DNA of 64,000 bases from Candidatus Krumholzibacteriales bacterium (GTDB lineage: Bacteria > Krumholzibacteriota > Krumholzibacteriia > Krumholzibacteriales > WJIX01), in assembly GCA_046483305.1 (NCBI GenBank), contig JAWODM010000004.1, positions 32,001 through 96,000 on the forward strand, written 5' to 3'. Under the pieces are notes generated by a model. That model saw nothing but the letters and a program-made list of their open reading frames with translations. It did no database searches and was not told the origin of the DNA. A program made the translations under genes and the position numbers. This document shows, piece by piece, positions 29,733 to 40,523 of the stretch (its first letter is position 1; every line of letters begins with the position of its first letter).

Positions 29733-30374
29733 GAGACTGATCCTCCGGGAATAGTAATAGCCTGCATGGTATTCATCTTTATTAGAGGTGTTTCAAAGGC
29801 GAGGAAGATCGGCGGCGCGGACGATTTTCTGGTTGCAGGGCGGAGTTTGGGCTGGTTTTTTTCTCTTCCGCACCATGGGGGCTGCTGTGGTCGGCGGATT
29901 CGGCTATCAACTCCTCCACCGTATAGTCGTAGGGGAACCTTTCGAAGATCAGCCGGGACGGGAGGATAAAGGGTACGGCGATTGCCGAACCCGGCCGGGA
30001 TATGTTCGGCATCCCCGCGGGGCTTGATTCCATCGCGGTCGCGGCTGTCTGGCCGGATATAATCGGGCTGCAACTGTTTACGTGTCATCACTGGGCTCCA
30101 GCTGTAACTGTGCCGAAAGTAGTTGGAGTGTTCCATGAAGAGAGGTCGAGGAAGCTGAATAACCGGATAATGGTAGCGACGCTTGCCGCGATAGCCGGCA
30201 GTCACCCCGGTTTACAGGTTCATATTTTACAGTGGTTGGGTGAATACTGCGGGGTTCGAAATACTGATGCGGAATCTTATCGCCATTGACCCGGCGGGGG
30301 TGGGTGTATTCATGTCTCTGTCCGTATTCTGTCTTCTGAGGTTGTTCGCTGGAAATGATGCCGCCGCGAAATAA
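29733..30374 (+). pseudogene. Sodium:solute symporter (SSS) pseudogene, frameshifted and internally deleted
   Basis: Fragments in different frames: ADDFLVAGRSLGWFF, TMGAAVVGG, SADSAINSSTV followed by two TAG, WPDIIGL...WAPAVTVP, and IDPAGVGVFMSLSVF...TAA. About 640 nt in total. Confidence 0.75.
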
Positions 30375-30380
30375 AAACGC

Positions 30381-31685
30381 CTACCTGATAAGATCGATGA
30401 TCATATCCCGGTATCTCTCTGAGGCTCCCAGATGAGAATCAATATATTCTCTTCCCTTTTGACCCCTCCGCCGCAGCTCATTCCGGTCGGAAAGAAGGCT
30501 GGCTGCAGTTTCCTCGAAATCTTCCGGCGATTCAACAACCATTCCGGATCCAATCTCTTTCAGCTCCCCGGCTTCATGGGAGTTATCTATGCCGGGCCCG
30601 AACATGACCGGGATTCCAAGTACCGCCGGCTCCAGGACATTGTGAACGCCCGAGGAGAACCCGCCTCCCACATAGGCCAGAATTCCGGAGCGGTAGAGTT
30701 CCGCCAGGTAACCTATCCCGTCAGCTATGATGATGGGACTTGAAACAGCGTTGTCCATTTCTGATATGGTTACGCAATCCAGGGATAGTTTTTCAGAAGA
30801 TCGGATTATTTCAGCTACTCTCTCTTCGGTAGGCTCGTGAGGCGCTATAACCAATGTTAGATTTTCGAACCCTTCTATCAGGCCGGTGAATCCCCTCAGA
30901 AGCAGATCTTCATCGCCGGGCCAGGTGCTGCCGGCTATTAAATAATCGCGGGCGGCCGGCAGGCGGGGGGATACCGCCGGTCCTCCCGGCGAAGAAACCC
31001 GCAGGTGAACCTGGTCGTATTTGGTGTCTCCGCCGGTTACAACTGTGGCTTCCGGAGATGACTCCCTGAACCTTTCGGCATCCTGTTCGGTGGACGCCGA
31101 TATAAAGGTCATGGCAGAATATAGTTTTCCGTAAAACCAGCGGGCTGGGGCTGAAGAATACCTGCCCGATGACGAAGAGAGGCCTCCGGATATTAGAATC
31201 TGGGGAATGCCCTGCCGGGAAGTTTCCAGGATCAGGTTGGGCCAGAGGTCATACTTTACGTAGACTATCAGGTCCGGTTTCAACATTTCAAGACAGAAGC
31301 GGGCATTGGAGGGGGTATCCAGCGGAAGGTAATCGACGAAGGAAATATTGCCGGAATCGCCGCCGTCCAGAAATTTCGAGAAATTGTCAATCCCTGATGG
31401 AGATGAAAATGTTAGAGCTATTTCCATCTTCCCGGATTCATCCTCTGAGAGCAGGGATATTACAGGTTCCGCCTGAAGGAATTCCCCCAGTGAGGAGACA
31501 TGAAACCAGATCCTTTTCCCGGAGCCTTTTAATTGTTCTGATTTCGCTGCCCAGCGTTCCCTTATCTTCGCCGTGGCTTCGGCTCTGGCCTTCAGCTTGT
31601 CACTGAAAAATCCTGCAAGTTTCAGAAACGGACGCAGTATAAGGGTGATCGCCGAATATATGAATATCGTCACTCTGAACATCAC
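30381..31685 (-). CDS. waaA: 3-deoxy-D-manno-octulosonate (Kdo) transferase
   Basis: IWFHVSSLGEF, YLPLD, DLWPN, GDTKYD, AGSTW, IAPH, YVGGGF...HNVLEPA. Confidence 0.92.
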   Translation of the reverse strand: MMFRVTIFIYSAITLILRPFLKLAGFFSDKLKARAEATAKIRERWAAKSEQLKGSGKRIWFHVSSLGEFLQAEPVISLLSEDESGKMEIALTFSSPSGIDNFSKFLDGGDSGNISFVDYLPLDTPSNARFCLEMLKPDLIVYVKYDLWPNLILETSRQGIPQILISGGLSSSSGRYSSAPARWFYGKLYSAMTFISASTEQDAERFRESSPEATVVTGGDTKYDQVHLRVSSPGGPAVSPRLPAARDYLIAGSTWPGDEDLLLRGFTGLIEGFENLTLVIAPHEPTEERVAEIIRSSEKLSLDCVTISEMDNAVSSPIIIADGIGYLAELYRSGILAYVGGGFSSGVHNVLEPAVLGIPVMFGPGIDNSHEAGELKEIGSGMVVESPEDFEETAASLLSDRNELRRRGQKGREYIDSHLGASERYRDMIIDLIR

Positions 31686-32746
31686 TGATCAGCTCTCTTA
31701 CTCTCGGATATTCCGGCCCGTTCGCGTCCCAGCAGGGAAAGAGCCGCCGCCACCACTTCCCCGGGGTCAATTGAATCCAGACATGATTTCTCGCTGTATG
31801 GGCAGGGTTTTGCTCCGTTTCTGGAACATGGCCTGCATTCCAGATCCTTCTCAATAACCCGGCTCCCTTCCAGACGGGGGTAGAATCCGAATTCTCTGAC
31901 AGTTGGGCCGAAAAGGGCCACCACCGGCGTTCCTGCCAATTCAGAGAGATGCAACAGCGCTGAGTCATTTGTAATAAGCAGGTCGGATATTCGCAGTACC
32001 GCCGCTGTCTCCAGAATGTTGAGATCCCCGGCTGTATTGATTATCTCTCCCTTTACCGATGATGCTATTCTTTCCGCCAGTTCGCCCTCCGCGGCGCCTC
32101 CGGTCAGAATCAGGCTGTAACCGAGTTCCGAGAGCTTATCTGCCGCAGATATGAATTTATCAACACCCCACATTTTGGTCTCCCACCCGGCTCCCGGCGC
32201 CAGTGCAATAGTTCCCCCTCCGGGTTTGCCGAATCTCTCCATCAAATTCCGCGCCTTTTGTTCCGCTTCCGGGGGCAGCTGAAAGGGGGGGAGGGACTTT
32301 CTGGCCGGAATCCCCAGTTCATCGGCAAGTTTCATATATTTATCATACTGTTCTGTTGTTTCGTCGAAAAGATTGAGGTTGAATTTAATCAGAAGGAATT
32401 TTCGAATCTGTTCTTTTCTAAGCTGCGCCTTCCTGCCGGCCGGGATGGTTCTGTACAGTATATTGCTCCTTATTACGTTGTGGGCGTCAATTATAATATG
32501 GTACCCAACGCCGGCCAGGGTTCTCCTCATTCGCATCAGTTCGGATAAGGAGCCGGTATTGAGTGTGTAAATGTTGTCCAGCAGGCGGCTTCCTCTGAAA
32601 AGCCCCGCATATTCATCCTTGGTTGCCAGGTCTATTCTGCCGGAGGGGAATTCATCCCTGAGAAGCTGGATAAGGGGTACCATCAGGATAATATCGCCCA
32701 GCGAACTGAACCGGATGACCAGAATTTTCGGTTCTCTATCTGTCAT
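31682..32746 (-). CDS. GT9 LPS heptosyltransferase (WaaF/WaaC-like)
   Basis: ILVIRFSSLGDII, APGAGWETKMW, ITNDSALLHL, ALFGPT, CRPC. Confidence 0.9.
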   Translation of the reverse strand: MTDREPKILVIRFSSLGDIILMVPLIQLLRDEFPSGRIDLATKDEYAGLFRGSRLLDNIYTLNTGSLSELMRMRRTLAGVGYHIIIDAHNVIRSNILYRTIPAGRKAQLRKEQIRKFLLIKFNLNLFDETTEQYDKYMKLADELGIPARKSLPPFQLPPEAEQKARNLMERFGKPGGGTIALAPGAGWETKMWGVDKFISAADKLSELGYSLILTGGAAEGELAERIASSVKGEIINTAGDLNILETAAVLRISDLLITNDSALLHLSELAGTPVVALFGPTVREFGFYPRLEGSRVIEKDLECRPCSRNGAKPCPYSEKSCLDSIDPGEVVAAALSLLGRERAGISESKRADQ

Positions 32747-32964
32747 TTTTCCAATTCTGTATTCTGCTGAATGGAATTACGGATATTACAGAGTAACAAT
32801 ATAATGATTATATAAGAGATAAATGGGAAAATGTCTATATTATTAAGATAACGGAATAAATAATAGCCTGACGTTTTTATCTATAATTTGATTAACATCA
32901 GCAAATTGATTATATTCGATATTGTTTTAATAATTATTACCCAATCTATAATAGAAAGCCTGCT

Positions 32965-33525
32965 ATGAAGAATAATGAAGTTATTGGGGAACGCCTTAAG
33001 AAATACCGGCTTCAGAGAGGGATGACTCTGAAGAAAGTGGAGAGGAAAGCCAACGTTTCAGCCACCCATATCTCGGAGATTGAGCGAGGAATGACATCGC
33101 CCACCATAGGGGCGCTTTCAAAACTGGCCAAAGCGATAGATGTCGAACTGGCCCGGATTGTAAGGCAGGAGGAATATGCCTGTTTCTCCATCGTCGGAGA
33201 AAAGGAAAAGAAAAAGATGAAATTTGAAGAGTGGGGAGCATCATACTACTCGCTTATAAAGGATATGGCCCGGCCGCAATTCTCTTTTCTGGAAGTTGAA
33301 CTGGATCCGGGTGTCAAAAGGCCGGAGGAGACCAGCACTCATTCCGGAGAGGAGTTCGCGCTGGTAACCAGAGGAGTGATGGAAATAATCATTGGTTCCG
33401 AAAAATATATACTCAAGGAGGGGGATAGTATCCATTACCGGGCTGACCGGTCTCACGCCATGCGTAATATAGGGGGAGTCACCTGCAGGGCGATATGGAT
33501 CACCCTTCCTCCCTATACACTTTAA
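32965..33525 (+). CDS. XRE-family HTH plus cupin transcriptional regulator
   Basis: IGERLKKYR...SATHISEIERG; C-terminal HSGEEF...GDSIHY...H cupin. Confidence 0.9.
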   Translation: MKNNEVIGERLKKYRLQRGMTLKKVERKANVSATHISEIERGMTSPTIGALSKLAKAIDVELARIVRQEEYACFSIVGEKEKKKMKFEEWGASYYSLIKDMARPQFSFLEVELDPGVKRPEETSTHSGEEFALVTRGVMEIIIGSEKYILKEGDSIHYRADRSHAMRNIGGVTCRAIWITLPPYTL

Positions 33526-33550
33526 ACTGCGGTTCAGCTATAACGGACGG

Positions 33551-34126
33551 GTGGAAATTATAATGATTGATACAAAAGAAGTAGGACGGAGAATCAAGAA
33601 GATCAGGGAATCCCGCTTCATGACCCTTAAGGATGTGGAGAGAAAGGCCAGCATTTCAGCAACCCATATTTCGGAGATTGAGAGGGGGATGACCTCTCCG
33701 ACTATTAATATTCTTATCAGGATAGCTGAAGCTCTGGAAAAAGACCCTTCCTATTTTGTGGAGGAAGAAGAACTGGACGATGTTTCCTTTGTTTCCCTGG
33801 AGGACCGGGAGACAGCTGAACTTGATGATAAAGTGGGATCCTTTATCAGGTTAACCAGATCAATACCCAGCGGGAGAATAAACGCCAGGTTGATAACTCT
33901 TGAGCCGGACGGAAAGGGCGAGTTCGACCTTCACACTCATGAAGCGGATGAGGCAGCCCTGGTGCTGGAAGGAGAGATTACTTTCCGTCTGAAAGAGAAG
34001 AATTATACCCTGAAAAAGGGCGAAAGTATATATATAGTGGGAACATGCGAGCATGACTATGTCAACGCACAGGAAAACGGCAAATCCAGGATGCTATGGT
34101 TCGGCGCTGAACGTAATATCAGGTAG
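33551..34126 (+). CDS. XRE-family HTH plus cupin transcriptional regulator (paralogue)
   Basis: VGRRIKKIR...SATHISEIERG; HTHEADE...GESIY...H cupin. Start may be the ATG at 33563. Confidence 0.9.
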   Translation: MEIIMIDTKEVGRRIKKIRESRFMTLKDVERKASISATHISEIERGMTSPTINILIRIAEALEKDPSYFVEEEELDDVSFVSLEDRETAELDDKVGSFIRLTRSIPSGRINARLITLEPDGKGEFDLHTHEADEAALVLEGEITFRLKEKNYTLKKGESIYIVGTCEHDYVNAQENGKSRMLWFGAERNIR

Positions 34127-34346
34127 ATGGCGGGGCTCTTCTTTTTAAGCAATTATAATTATTATAGTTTTATTCTGACTCTCCGGCTTCCCCGGGCGTA
34201 TGGCTCCGGCTGTAATGACTTTCCTCCAATTCTTATCACGCAGCTTTTGTCCTGAAATACCGGTGCCGTACTGGAATAATATCAATCCAGGCATGAAACT
34301 TCCATTAGAAACAGACATAAATGACAGTATGCGGGGGGAATTTGTA

Positions 34347-34376
34347 TTGACAAGATTGTTTGGTAGTATCTATAGT
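34347..34376 (+). promoter_or_regulatory. Putative sigma70 promoter
   Basis: TTGACA-18 nt-TATAGT upstream of the DUF1844/OmpA genes. Confidence 0.45.
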
Positions 34377-34412
34377 AAACCGCAAAGGCTCTATTAAGCA
34401 AGGGGGTGACAA

Positions 34413-34829
34413 TTGCAGGATAATATAAATGATCAGAACAACCGCGAAGAGTTTCTATTTCATCATCTGATTGCGATGTTTCAGACTCTGGCCCTTCAGC
34501 AGCTGGGGAAATTGATTAACCCGGTGACAGGGAAAACCAGCAGGGACCTGAATCAGGCCAGGGTTACTATAGATATGATTGATATGATAAGGGAGAAGAC
34601 CCGGGGTAATCTGAACCAGAATGAAAAACAGGTTTTAGATAAGGTGTTGATGGAACTTCAGATGAACTATGTTACCGAAAAGGAGAGAGAGGAAGAAGAG
34701 GGCGAAGATAAGGAAAAGGGAGAAGGAGAGGCTGATGAATCCGGGGCCGGCGGTCAGGAAGAAGAGCCCGGAGGGATTGAAGAGGAGGGGAATGAAGAGG
34801 AGACTGGCGAAGGTGCGGAGGACAAATGA
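34413..34829 (+). CDS. DUF1844-family protein with acidic tail
   Basis: ALQQLGKLINPVTG...DLNQARVTIDM...EKTRGNL...ELQMNYV; TTG start after AGGGGG. Confidence 0.8.
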   Translation: MQDNINDQNNREEFLFHHLIAMFQTLALQQLGKLINPVTGKTSRDLNQARVTIDMIDMIREKTRGNLNQNEKQVLDKVLMELQMNYVTEKEREEEEGEDKEKGEGEADESGAGGQEEEPGGIEEEGNEEETGEGAEDK

Positions 34830-34868
34830 TCCGCCGGGTCCACGGCAGTTATTCTTAAAGGAGGAATT

Positions 34869-36737
34869 ATGAGATCAGTATTGATTGTGCTGGTAATATC
34901 TGCCCTGTTACTGGTTCCCGCGGATGGGTACTCGAATAAGGTTTCATGGCAGGGAACCAGCGGAATGCTCAGGCTTTATGATGCCGGGACAGTAGGAAAG
35001 GGAAAACTTATTTTCTCCATGGGAACATCATATTACAGGCATTCTGACGCGCTTCTGGTTCCCGGGATGGGAGGCTTTTACTTCGATTCCGGTGATGACG
35101 GCCCCACGGTAGATTACAATTTCTTCATATCCAGGGCCGGATTGTCGCTCGGGCTGAGTGATTACGTGGAATTTTCAACCACCGTAGATTTCAGAAACTG
35201 GATCATGCAGGTCCCGGACGCCTACGCCGACAGCCTGGAATCGGTTTACAAGGGAGGGCTGGGTGACACCAGGGCGAACATCAAGATCAGCCTTCCTCTG
35301 CCATCGGATTATTTCAGGATGGGTATCCTGGGTTCGACCAGTTTCCCCACCGGGAACAAGGACAGGAAATTTACCACCGACAATATAGATTTCAGCGTTA
35401 CCGGGCTGTTCTCGTTGAATATGGTCGATATTGATAATTTCGTTCCCACCAGGCTGCATCTGAATACGGGTTATTATTTTAATAAGAATGAAGAGGACGG
35501 TTACGGAATTATTAACATGAACGACCCCAATACCAGCGGTTTCGGCCCGCCGGCCTATCCGGCGGTTCCCGAAGGGGAAAACGATAATTTCAATGACATG
35601 CTCCGCCTGTCTACCGGGGTTGATTTCATTCTTAAAGAGAGGTCAAGAATCTTTCTGGAGTTCACCTGGGACAATTTCCTGAACTATGAGGTCCCCGAAG
35701 AGCTGTCCGCAAACACCAGTATATACAGTATAACCCCAGGGTTCAGCGTCGCTTCGGAGAGGAATGTTGAACTCCTGATGGCGATGGATATAAACCTCAA
35801 CTCCGAGGATAATCTGCCGGTTACCAACCCTCCCGACTGGACCGCTTACTTCATGCTGTCATACGGAGGATACGTTGTGCCTCAGGACAGGGATAATGAC
35901 GGGATAGAGGATAAACTGGATAAATGCCCTGACTTGCCTGAAGACGTGGATGGCTACCAGGACGAGGACGGGTGTCCCGATCTGGATAATGACGGCGACG
36001 GCATTCCGGACGCTGAGGACGAGTGTCCGAATCTGGCAGAAGATTATGACGGATTCGAGGACGAGGACGGGTGTCCCGATCTGGACAATGACGGGGATGG
36101 AATCCCTGATGCCGAAGACAGGTGCCCAAATGAACCCGAAGATTTTGACGGGGTTGAGGATAACGACGGGTGTCCTGATATAATTCAGGATACGGATAAA
36201 GACGGCATTCCTGATGACGTAGATGAATGCCCGGAGCGGCCGGAAGATATGGACGGCTACCAGGATAAAGACGGCTGCCCGGACCTGGATAACGACCTGG
36301 ATGGGATTCCCGACTCCGAGGACGAGTGCCCTAACGAACCGGAGACATTCAATGGCTATCAGGATGAGGACGGCTGCCCGGATACCAAGCCCATCCAGAA
36401 GGAATTTATTCTCGAGGGAATCCATTTCGAAAGCGGATCGTCAAAACTTACTCCTGATTCTTACACCATACTGGACCAGGTGGTAAAATCGCTGATGGCC
36501 TATCCGGAAGTCAGAGTAGAGATAAGAGGTTATACGGACAGTGTGGGAGGCTGGGAATTCAATCTGAAACTTTCAAAGAAACGGGCTGAATCTGTCAGAG
36601 AGTATCTGATAAAGTCGGGGATCAGTCCGGACAGGGTGGTTGCCGAGGGTTACGGAGAGGCTGACCCGGTGGATTCGAATGAGACCGCAGCCGGAAGAGC
36701 TGCCAACAGAAGAATAGAATTCCACCGGCTTAATTAG
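34869..36737 (+). CDS. OmpA-family outer membrane protein with thrombospondin type-3 (Ca-binding) repeats
   Basis: Signal peptide, barrel-like N-terminus, DxDxDGIPDxEDxCP repeats, OmpA C-domain (GYTDS, NLKLSKKRA, NRRIE). Confidence 0.92.
   Translation: MRSVLIVLVISALLLVPADGYSNKVSWQGTSGMLRLYDAGTVGKGKLIFSMGTSYYRHSDALLVPGMGGFYFDSGDDGPTVDYNFFISRAGLSLGLSDYVEFSTTVDFRNWIMQVPDAYADSLESVYKGGLGDTRANIKISLPLPSDYFRMGILGSTSFPTGNKDRKFTTDNIDFSVTGLFSLNMVDIDNFVPTRLHLNTGYYFNKNEEDGYGIINMNDPNTSGFGPPAYPAVPEGENDNFNDMLRLSTGVDFILKERSRIFLEFTWDNFLNYEVPEELSANTSIYSITPGFSVASERNVELLMAMDINLNSEDNLPVTNPPDWTAYFMLSYGGYVVPQDRDNDGIEDKLDKCPDLPEDVDGYQDEDGCPDLDNDGDGIPDAEDECPNLAEDYDGFEDEDGCPDLDNDGDGIPDAEDRCPNEPEDFDGVEDNDGCPDIIQDTDKDGIPDDVDECPERPEDMDGYQDKDGCPDLDNDLDGIPDSEDECPNEPETFNGYQDEDGCPDTKPIQKEFILEGIHFESGSSKLTPDSYTILDQVVKSLMAYPEVRVEIRGYTDSVGGWEFNLKLSKKRAESVREYLIKSGISPDRVVAEGYGEADPVDSNETAAGRAANRRIEFHRLN
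35885..36385 (+). repeat. Coding tandem repeats (TSP3-like, about 33-aa units)
   Basis: Repeated ED.DG..D.DGCPDLDNDGDGIPD; DNA GACGAGGACGGGTGTCCCGATCTGGA occurs at about 35961 and 36060. Confidence 0.85.
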
Positions 36738-36759
36738 AATCCGGCAATAATCGGAACAG

Positions 36760-36792
36760 GGCCGCGGAAATTTCCTTCCGCGGCCTTTTTTT
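36760..36792 (+). terminator. Rho-independent terminator
   Basis: GGCCGCGGAA-atttcc-TTCCGCGGCC followed by T7, between convergent ompA and mazG. Confidence 0.88.
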
Positions 36793-36830
36793 ATTCCATG
36801 AAATCAGGGTAACTGTCTGGCGGCAGGGTT

Positions 36831-37622
36831 TCAGCCAGTTGACTTTTTGCTCTCTTTCCAGAGTTCTTCCAGCTGATCGGCCCCCAGCTCTTCCAGTTTT
36901 GCTCCCTGCCGGCCGGCCAGGGATTCCATATTCCTGAACCTTCGGATGAATTTGTTGACGGTGCTGTTCAGGGCGCCTTCGGGATCTATCCCGTGGTGAA
37001 GAGCGAGATTGACCATAGTGAAGAGCAGGTCTCCGGTCTCATCGAGGATTTCTTCAGGGTTCCCGGTTTGAGAGGCCTCCCTGAGCTCCTCTATTTCTTC
37101 CTCAATCTGATTAAGAATACCGTCCTGGTCAGGCCAGTCGAAACCGATATTTACCGCTCTCCTTGAGACCGAGATGGCCCTTCGCATCGGGTGGAGGCTG
37201 GACGGCACCGATTCCATCAGGGAAATGCGCTGTTTATCTTTATTCTTAACCTTTTCCCATTCAGATATACTTTCTTTCACATTATCCGCCACGGCGTCTT
37301 CAAAAACATGGGGGTGCCGGCGGCGTATCTTTTCATGTGCGTCCGAAATTATATCTGCCAGTGATACATCCCTCATTTTGTTGAAAAGATAATGTATATA
37401 TATCAGAACGTACAGGGTGTCGCCTATTTCTTCCTGGATTCCGTCCCGGTTATCATCGAGTATCTCAGCCTGAAGTTCATAAGCTTCGTCGATCAGGTAG
37501 CTGGCCATATCGGAGAGCGTCCTGCTTCTGTCCCAGGCGCATCCGCTCTCTGAGCGGAGCGTATCAAGTGTCTGATGAAAATCTATTATCCGGCGGCCAA
37601 AATCCTTTTCATTATTGTTCAT
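36831..37622 (-). CDS. mazG: Nucleoside triphosphate pyrophosphohydrolase
   Basis: LRSESGCAWD, EEIGD, KIRRRHPHVF, GFDWP, ETGDLLF, KFIRRF; ATG at 37622 after GGGGAG. Confidence 0.93.
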   Translation of the reverse strand: MNNNEKDFGRRIIDFHQTLDTLRSESGCAWDRSRTLSDMASYLIDEAYELQAEILDDNRDGIQEEIGDTLYVLIYIHYLFNKMRDVSLADIISDAHEKIRRRHPHVFEDAVADNVKESISEWEKVKNKDKQRISLMESVPSSLHPMRRAISVSRRAVNIGFDWPDQDGILNQIEEEIEELREASQTGNPEEILDETGDLLFTMVNLALHHGIDPEGALNSTVNKFIRRFRNMESLAGRQGAKLEELGADQLEELWKESKKSTG

Positions 37623-37769
37623 TTTTGTCGCTCCCCTTAAGCCAGAGGTTGTTCTGTTTACTCTGAATGACAGATTATCTGAAATTGAATAATACAACAA
37701 ATAATGTTAATATAAAGGATTGTTTGCCGGTTCGGGCCGGGAGCCTGCTTCGCGAGGATATATTTTAAA

Positions 37770-40523
37770 ATGAAAAGTATCATAATTAATGGAGCCAGAC
37801 AGAATAATCTAAGGAATATAGACCTGGAGATTCCCAGGGATAGAATTACCGCCGTTACCGGGGTGTCCGGCTCAGGGAAATCTTCGCTGGCATTTGATAC
37901 CATTTACGCGGAAGGGCAGAGAAGGTATATAGAATCGCTCTCCACCTATGCAAGGCAGTTTCTCGAAAAACTGGAAAAGCCGGACCTGGACAGTATAACC
38001 GGTATAAGCCCCACTATTGCAATCAGAAGAAAGAATACAGTCAAGAGCGGAAGATCCACCGTGGGCACCGCCACTGAGATATACGATTGCCTCCGTCTTC
38101 TGTATGCCAGAATTGGAAGAACGTTCTGTCCTCAGTGCGGCCTTCCGGTAAGCTCATATTCTCCGGGAGAAGCGGCGGATGAGGTCCTGGAGGGTTCCTC
38201 CGGCAGGAAGGTATATATACTGCTGCCGCTGAGCCGGGATTCTCAGGAAGATTGGGAACGGAGGAAAAAGTATCTTCTGTCCCGGGGGTATCTCCGCCTT
38301 CTTGTTTCAGGGAAGCCGGTGAGAATAGATGAATGCGATGAAACCCCCCGGGAGAAAACAAGTATCCTCATCGACCGGGTAGAGGCGGTACAGGAGAACA
38401 GAAACAGGATAGTGGAGGGGATCGAGCTGGCTTACCGCGAACATGGCGAATCGGTGGATGTTAAGGAGACAAAGGGGGGTAGAAAATATATTTTCACCGA
38501 CCGTCCGACCTGCAACAGCTGCGGAAGGGTTTTCAAGGAGCCTTCACCCCTTCTTTTTTCATTCAACAGTCCTTACGGCGCCTGCCCTGACTGTAAGGGT
38601 TACGGGGACCGTATGGAATTTTCAGAGGATAAAATCGTTCCGGAACCGCAAAAATCGATCAGGGACAAGGCGATTGATCCCTGGGCGAGAGAAAGATTTG
38701 ACTATTTCTATTTTCAGCTCCTGGATTTCTGCAGAAACAAGGGTATACCGGCGGATATCCCTTTCTCCCAGCTTCCTGATGAGGACAGAGCCCGCATTCT
38801 GGAGGGAGAAGGCGATTTTATCGGAGTTATACCCTTCCTGGAGAAGATGAGAAAGAAGGCTTATAAAAAGGGACACCGGTTCTTCACCAGGCGTTACATG
38901 TCATTTACCACCTGCAGAACATGCAGGGGCAGGAGATTGAGAGCGGAGGCCGGAAATGTGAAGGTCGGCGGGTATGCGATAACAGAACTGAACAGTATGA
39001 CTCCTCAGGAAGTGCTCGATATAATAAATTCTCTGAAGCTGGAGCGGAGGGAAAAGAAGATATCCAGGGACCTGATGAACGAACTGACTTCCCGTCTGGA
39101 GTTCATGATAGATGTAGGACTGGATTACCTTACGCTGGACAGAGTTTCGAGAACTCTGTCGGGGGGCGAGGCCCAGAGGATCAATCTCGCCAATTCGATG
39201 GGCGCTAACCTCGTTGATACCGTTTATATTCTCGACGAGCCCTCCGTGGGGCTTCACGCGGCTGACAACGACCGCCTGATAAAGGTTATGAAGAATCTCA
39301 GAGACAGCGGGAATACGGTGATAGTGGTGGAGCACGACCCGAATATCATCCTGTCTTCCGATTACCTGATAGATCTTGGCCCCGGGGCGGGAAGCAATGG
39401 CGGAGAGGTAGTGTTCAGCGGAGAGACCGGAGGGGCGGAAAGCGCCCGGGTTGAAAATTCCAGGACCATCGAGTACCTGTTCAACAAGACGGAACGTGTC
39501 AGCCTTAACCGCGCCCAGCGGAAACCAGCCGGTTCAATAACCCTTAAAGGCGTGAGGACTCACAATCTGAGGAGCATAGATCTGGAAATACCCCTTGGAG
39601 GGCTGGTGGCGGTTACCGGTGTTTCCGGTTCGGGAAAGAGCTCTCTGGTTGTGGATACCCTGCATGAGCTCCTTTCGAAGGGTTCCGGGCGGGGATTGAA
39701 GATCGTTGACTATCGGATTGAAGGAAGGATAGATTCCTGTTCCCTGGTTGACCAGAAACCTATCGGAAATACCCCCCGCTCCAATCCGGTCACTTTTATC
39801 AAGGGATTTTCATATATAAGACAGTTGTTCGCGGAACAGAAGAAATCCCTGGAGCGCGGATACAGGCCGGGAAGGTTCAGTTTCAACAAGCCGGAAGGCA
39901 GATGCCCCAGGTGCAGGGGAATGGGTTACAGAAGGGTGGAGATGCATTTCATGGCCGATGTTTTTGTCCCCTGCGAGCAGTGCGGTGGTAGGAGGTATAA
40001 TTCAGAAACCCTCGATGTAACTTACAGGGGAAAAGATATCAGCGAGGTTCTTGAGCTGACTGTCAGTGAAGCGATTCTATTCTTCGACGGAACTCCGCAG
40101 CTGGGAGAGAAGCTCTGGCTTCTCTCCGAAGTTGGACTGGGGTACCTCAGGCTGGGACAGCCATCCAATACCCTTTCCGGAGGCGAAGCCCAGAGAATCA
40201 AGATCGCCAGGGAACTTTCCGAGAGCGCCGGCCGGAGAAACCTTTATATCATGGATGAACCGACCACCGGCCTCCACATGAGCGATATAGACAATCTGCT
40301 TAGAATTTTTCAAAAACTTGTCAAAGCGGGTCATACTCTGATAGTAATAGAGCACAACCTGGATTTGATCGGCAACTCGGACTGGATAATTGACCTGGGA
40401 CCCGGAGGTGGCGGAAAGGGCGGGAAAATTGTGGCATCGGGGACGCCGGTTGAGATAGCGGATAGAGCGGATTCAGTGACGGGGCGTTATTTGAAGGATT
40501 ATGTAAAAGGAGGTTCTAGATGA
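37770..40523 (+). CDS. uvrA: Excinuclease ABC subunit A
   Basis: Two [11 protein letters not shown]alker A motifs, [12 protein letters not shown], two LSGGEAQR signatures, Zn fingers. Confidence 0.96.
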   Translation: MKSIIINGARQNNLRNIDLEIPRDRITAVTGVSGSGKSSLAFDTIYAEGQRRYIESLSTYARQFLEKLEKPDLDSITGISPTIAIRRKNTVKSGRSTVGTATEIYDCLRLLYARIGRTFCPQCGLPVSSYSPGEAADEVLEGSSGRKVYILLPLSRDSQEDWERRKKYLLSRGYLRLLVSGKPVRIDECDETPREKTSILIDRVEAVQENRNRIVEGIELAYREHGESVDVKETKGGRKYIFTDRPTCNSCGRVFKEPSPLLFSFNSPYGACPDCKGYGDRMEFSEDKIVPEPQKSIRDKAIDPWARERFDYFYFQLLDFCRNKGIPADIPFSQLPDEDRARILEGEGDFIGVIPFLEKMRKKAYKKGHRFFTRRYMSFTTCRTCRGRRLRAEAGNVKVGGYAITELNSMTPQEVLDIINSLKLERREKKISRDLMNELTSRLEFMIDVGLDYLTLDRVSRTLSGGEAQRINLANSMGANLVDTVYILDEPSVGLHAADNDRLIKVMKNLRDSGNTVIVVEHDPNIILSSDYLIDLGPGAGSNGGEVVFSGETGGAESARVENSRTIEYLFNKTERVSLNRAQRKPAGSITLKGVRTHNLRSIDLEIPLGGLVAVTGVSGSGKSSLVVDTLHELLSKGSGRGLKIVDYRIEGRIDSCSLVDQKPIGNTPRSNPVTFIKGFSYIRQLFAEQKKSLERGYRPGRFSFNKPEGRCPRCRGMGYRRVEMHFMADVFVPCEQCGGRRYNSETLDVTYRGKDISEVLELTVSEAILFFDGTPQLGEKLWLLSEVGLGYLRLGQPSNTLSGGEAQRIKIARELSESAGRRNLYIMDEPTTGLHMSDIDNLLRIFQKLVKAGHTLIVIEHNLDLIGNSDWIIDLGPGGGGKGGKIVASGTPVEIADRADSVTGRYLKDYVKGGSR

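Noticed and set aside
32928..32939. Palindrome TAATAATTATTA as an XRE operator
   Set aside because: An all-AT palindrome in a very AT-rich promoter region can easily arise by chance.
35885..36385. Regularly spaced DNA repeats resembling a CRISPR array
   Set aside because: Repeats are in frame, vary at third codon positions and encode TSP3 motifs; no cas genes present.
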